From: Dimorphilus gyrociliatus
Taxonomy: Eukaryota; Animalia; Annelida
Length of the DNA: 64,000 bases
Direction of reading: 5' to 3'
Assembly: GCA_904063045.1 (NCBI GenBank)
Contig: CAJFCJ010000002.1
Coordinates: forward strand, 3,095,891-3,159,890
Part shown: positions 62,771 through 64,000 of the stretch, in pieces
How the letters are laid out: each line of letters starts with the position of its first letter
Position numbering within the stretch: position 1 is the first letter of the stretch
Translations under genes and position numbers: made by a program
Notes under the pieces: model-generated
Seen by the model: only the letters and a program-made list of their open reading frames with translations
Told to the model about the DNA's origin: nothing
Databases searched by the model: none

Positions 62771-64000
62771 TCAGGATTCCAACGACGGAGTAAACATGTG
62801 GTGAAAACATAAATCGGAATGCCTTGACTTTCTATGACAAAATGCAAACTTTACACCTGTCGGGGTCCGGAAATGACCTACTAATTGTTCATTGAAGATA
62901 TTCCTTGGAAAAGTGTATAGTTGAATATCATCTATATATTTGTCATTATCGTCGATTCCGTTATAGGAGGCTGGCGGTTGAGCAACTATTGTGGTCAAAT
63001 AATTAGTTTCGAATGAGCACAGTATGTAGTGAGGAAAATAGTGAAAATCCGTAAGGAAAGATGATGGAAAATTTCTACGTTTCTTATTCCTGCTAATGTC
63101 GCCAACTAGTTTGCCATTTTTTACGTCCAGTACCCTTATAATACCCCGAGAACCAGACAAGAATACCTTATCATTAGCGACTTTCATTTCCTTAATATCT
63201 CCAATATCGTCCAAGTCGAAACGATATGTCCATTTAAATTGAAAAGCTCCGTCTAACATCTCTACAATATTATACTCCGAAGCATATCTCGTTATAATCA
63301 CTTCCTTAGAAGTAACATCCATATCGTGTAAACGCTCTTTGTCGTTTTTACAACGATAATAAATCATTCTACTGAAATCTTTAATTTTGTAAATCTCAAA
63401 ACCATTAACTTCTATGATATACAATGTATCGCCAGTCACCTTCATATCGTAGTTTTGCTCCAAATCGCATTTCCATTTTACAATCACACGTGGCTTTTTA
63501 AGACCGTCCATATCGTATTCTGTTATTTTATATAAATAATAGTCGGATAATACGTCCTCTTCCAAAACGTATATTTTCTCCTCCGTCAGAGCGACTGATT
63601 GATAATTTTCATTTAGACAGAAACTCTCATCCAATTTAGCGTCTTTCTCAATCAATCGATAAAATTTCAAATTTTCGTAACAATAATCAATACAAAACGA
63701 ACGGCTTAGAGAAGCGTCTATGGAGTTTGTCAACTTTTGCCACATATCTTTAACGTTTGAGCCAAAAGCATCGCCAATAGTAGTTTCGAAACTTTCCAAT
63801 AATTTAATATGCTGTAACAATTCGGCAAGTTGACTTTCCTTTTCATCGTAAAAAGTAATTATTCTATCTTCTAAAAAGTCCTTTTGTTTTTGAATGAATT
63901 CAATAGCCTTTTCAATATCAATATTAACATCGCTTCTTGTTCTTTGCTTTTCTTCAAACACTTTTTCAATACCTCTTAAAATAACCTTTCTTAATTCATT
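62771..64000 (-). CDS. Coiled coil + probable beta-propeller protein, likely third member of the RING-CC family; 5' end lies beyond the window
   Basis: Frame open to the window edge (NELRKVILRGIEKVFEEKQ..). Coiled coil followed by strand-rich repeats (KIYVLE, TLYIIE, FQFKWTYRFD, KVFLSG..IIRVLD) like the two genes at 17.7-20.8 kb. The RING itself is not visible. Confidence 0.75.
   Translation of the reverse strand, partial: NELRKVILRGIEKVFEEKQRTRSDVNIDIEKAIEFIQKQKDFLEDRIITFYDEKESQLAELLQHIKLLESFETTIGDAFGSNVKDMWQKLTNSIDASLSRSFCIDYCYENLKFYRLIEKDAKLDESFCLNENYQSVALTEEKIYVLEEDVLSDYYLYKITEYDMDGLKKPRVIVKWKCDLEQNYDMKVTGDTLYIIEVNGFEIYKIKDFSRMIYYRCKNDKERLHDMDVTSKEVIITRYASEYNIVEMLDGAFQFKWTYRFDLDDIGDIKEMKVANDKVFLSGSRGIIRVLDVKNGKLVGDISRNKKRRNFPSSFLTDFHYFPHYILCSFETNYLTTIVAQPPASYNGIDDNDKYIDDIQLYTFPRNIFNEQLVGHFRTPTGVKFAFCHRKSRHSDLCFHHMFTPSLES

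Noticed and set aside
1-64000. tRNA, rRNA, snRNA, known miRNA, CRISPR arrays, transposase/RT ORFs
   Set aside because: By-eye search found no T-loop/cloverleaf, rRNA, recognisable conserved miRNA, spaced direct repeats or TE domains. This is not a substitute for tRNAscan-SE, Infernal or RepeatMasker.

Overview
AT-rich, gene-dense animal (probably spiralian) genomic DNA with mostly 50-75 nt GT-AG introns. A miniaturised genome such as the annelid Dimorphilus is a guess from intron size and protein similarity, not shown by the sequence. I spliced the genes by hand. In order: 5' part of an Erbin/Densin (LAP) gene (-), an RPP14/POP8-like gene (-) head-to-head with full-length TRRAP (+, about 27 exons), two tandem intronless RING-coiled-coil-(probable beta-propeller) genes (-), a 9-exon gene whose C-terminal third is a pyrroline-5-carboxylate reductase (P5CR) fold with degenerate catalytic motifs (+), a PR/SET + 6xC2H2 gene with an unusually large non-coding territory (-), UNC93A-like MFS (+), an orphan signal-peptide/GPI-tail protein (-), MAPK15 (-) head-to-head with RAB10 (+), a divergent RAB10 tandem duplicate (+), and the 3' part of a third coiled-coil/propeller paralogue (-). 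I saw no rRNA, tRNA, CRISPR or transposon ORF. Best leads: the P5CR pseudo-enzyme fused to a ~600 aa extension, the Rab duplicate with G4 NKxD->NNxD, a YCAY-flanked candidate poison exon in RAB10, the RING family, and a recurrent GCGCCATCTA (CTCF-like) motif.
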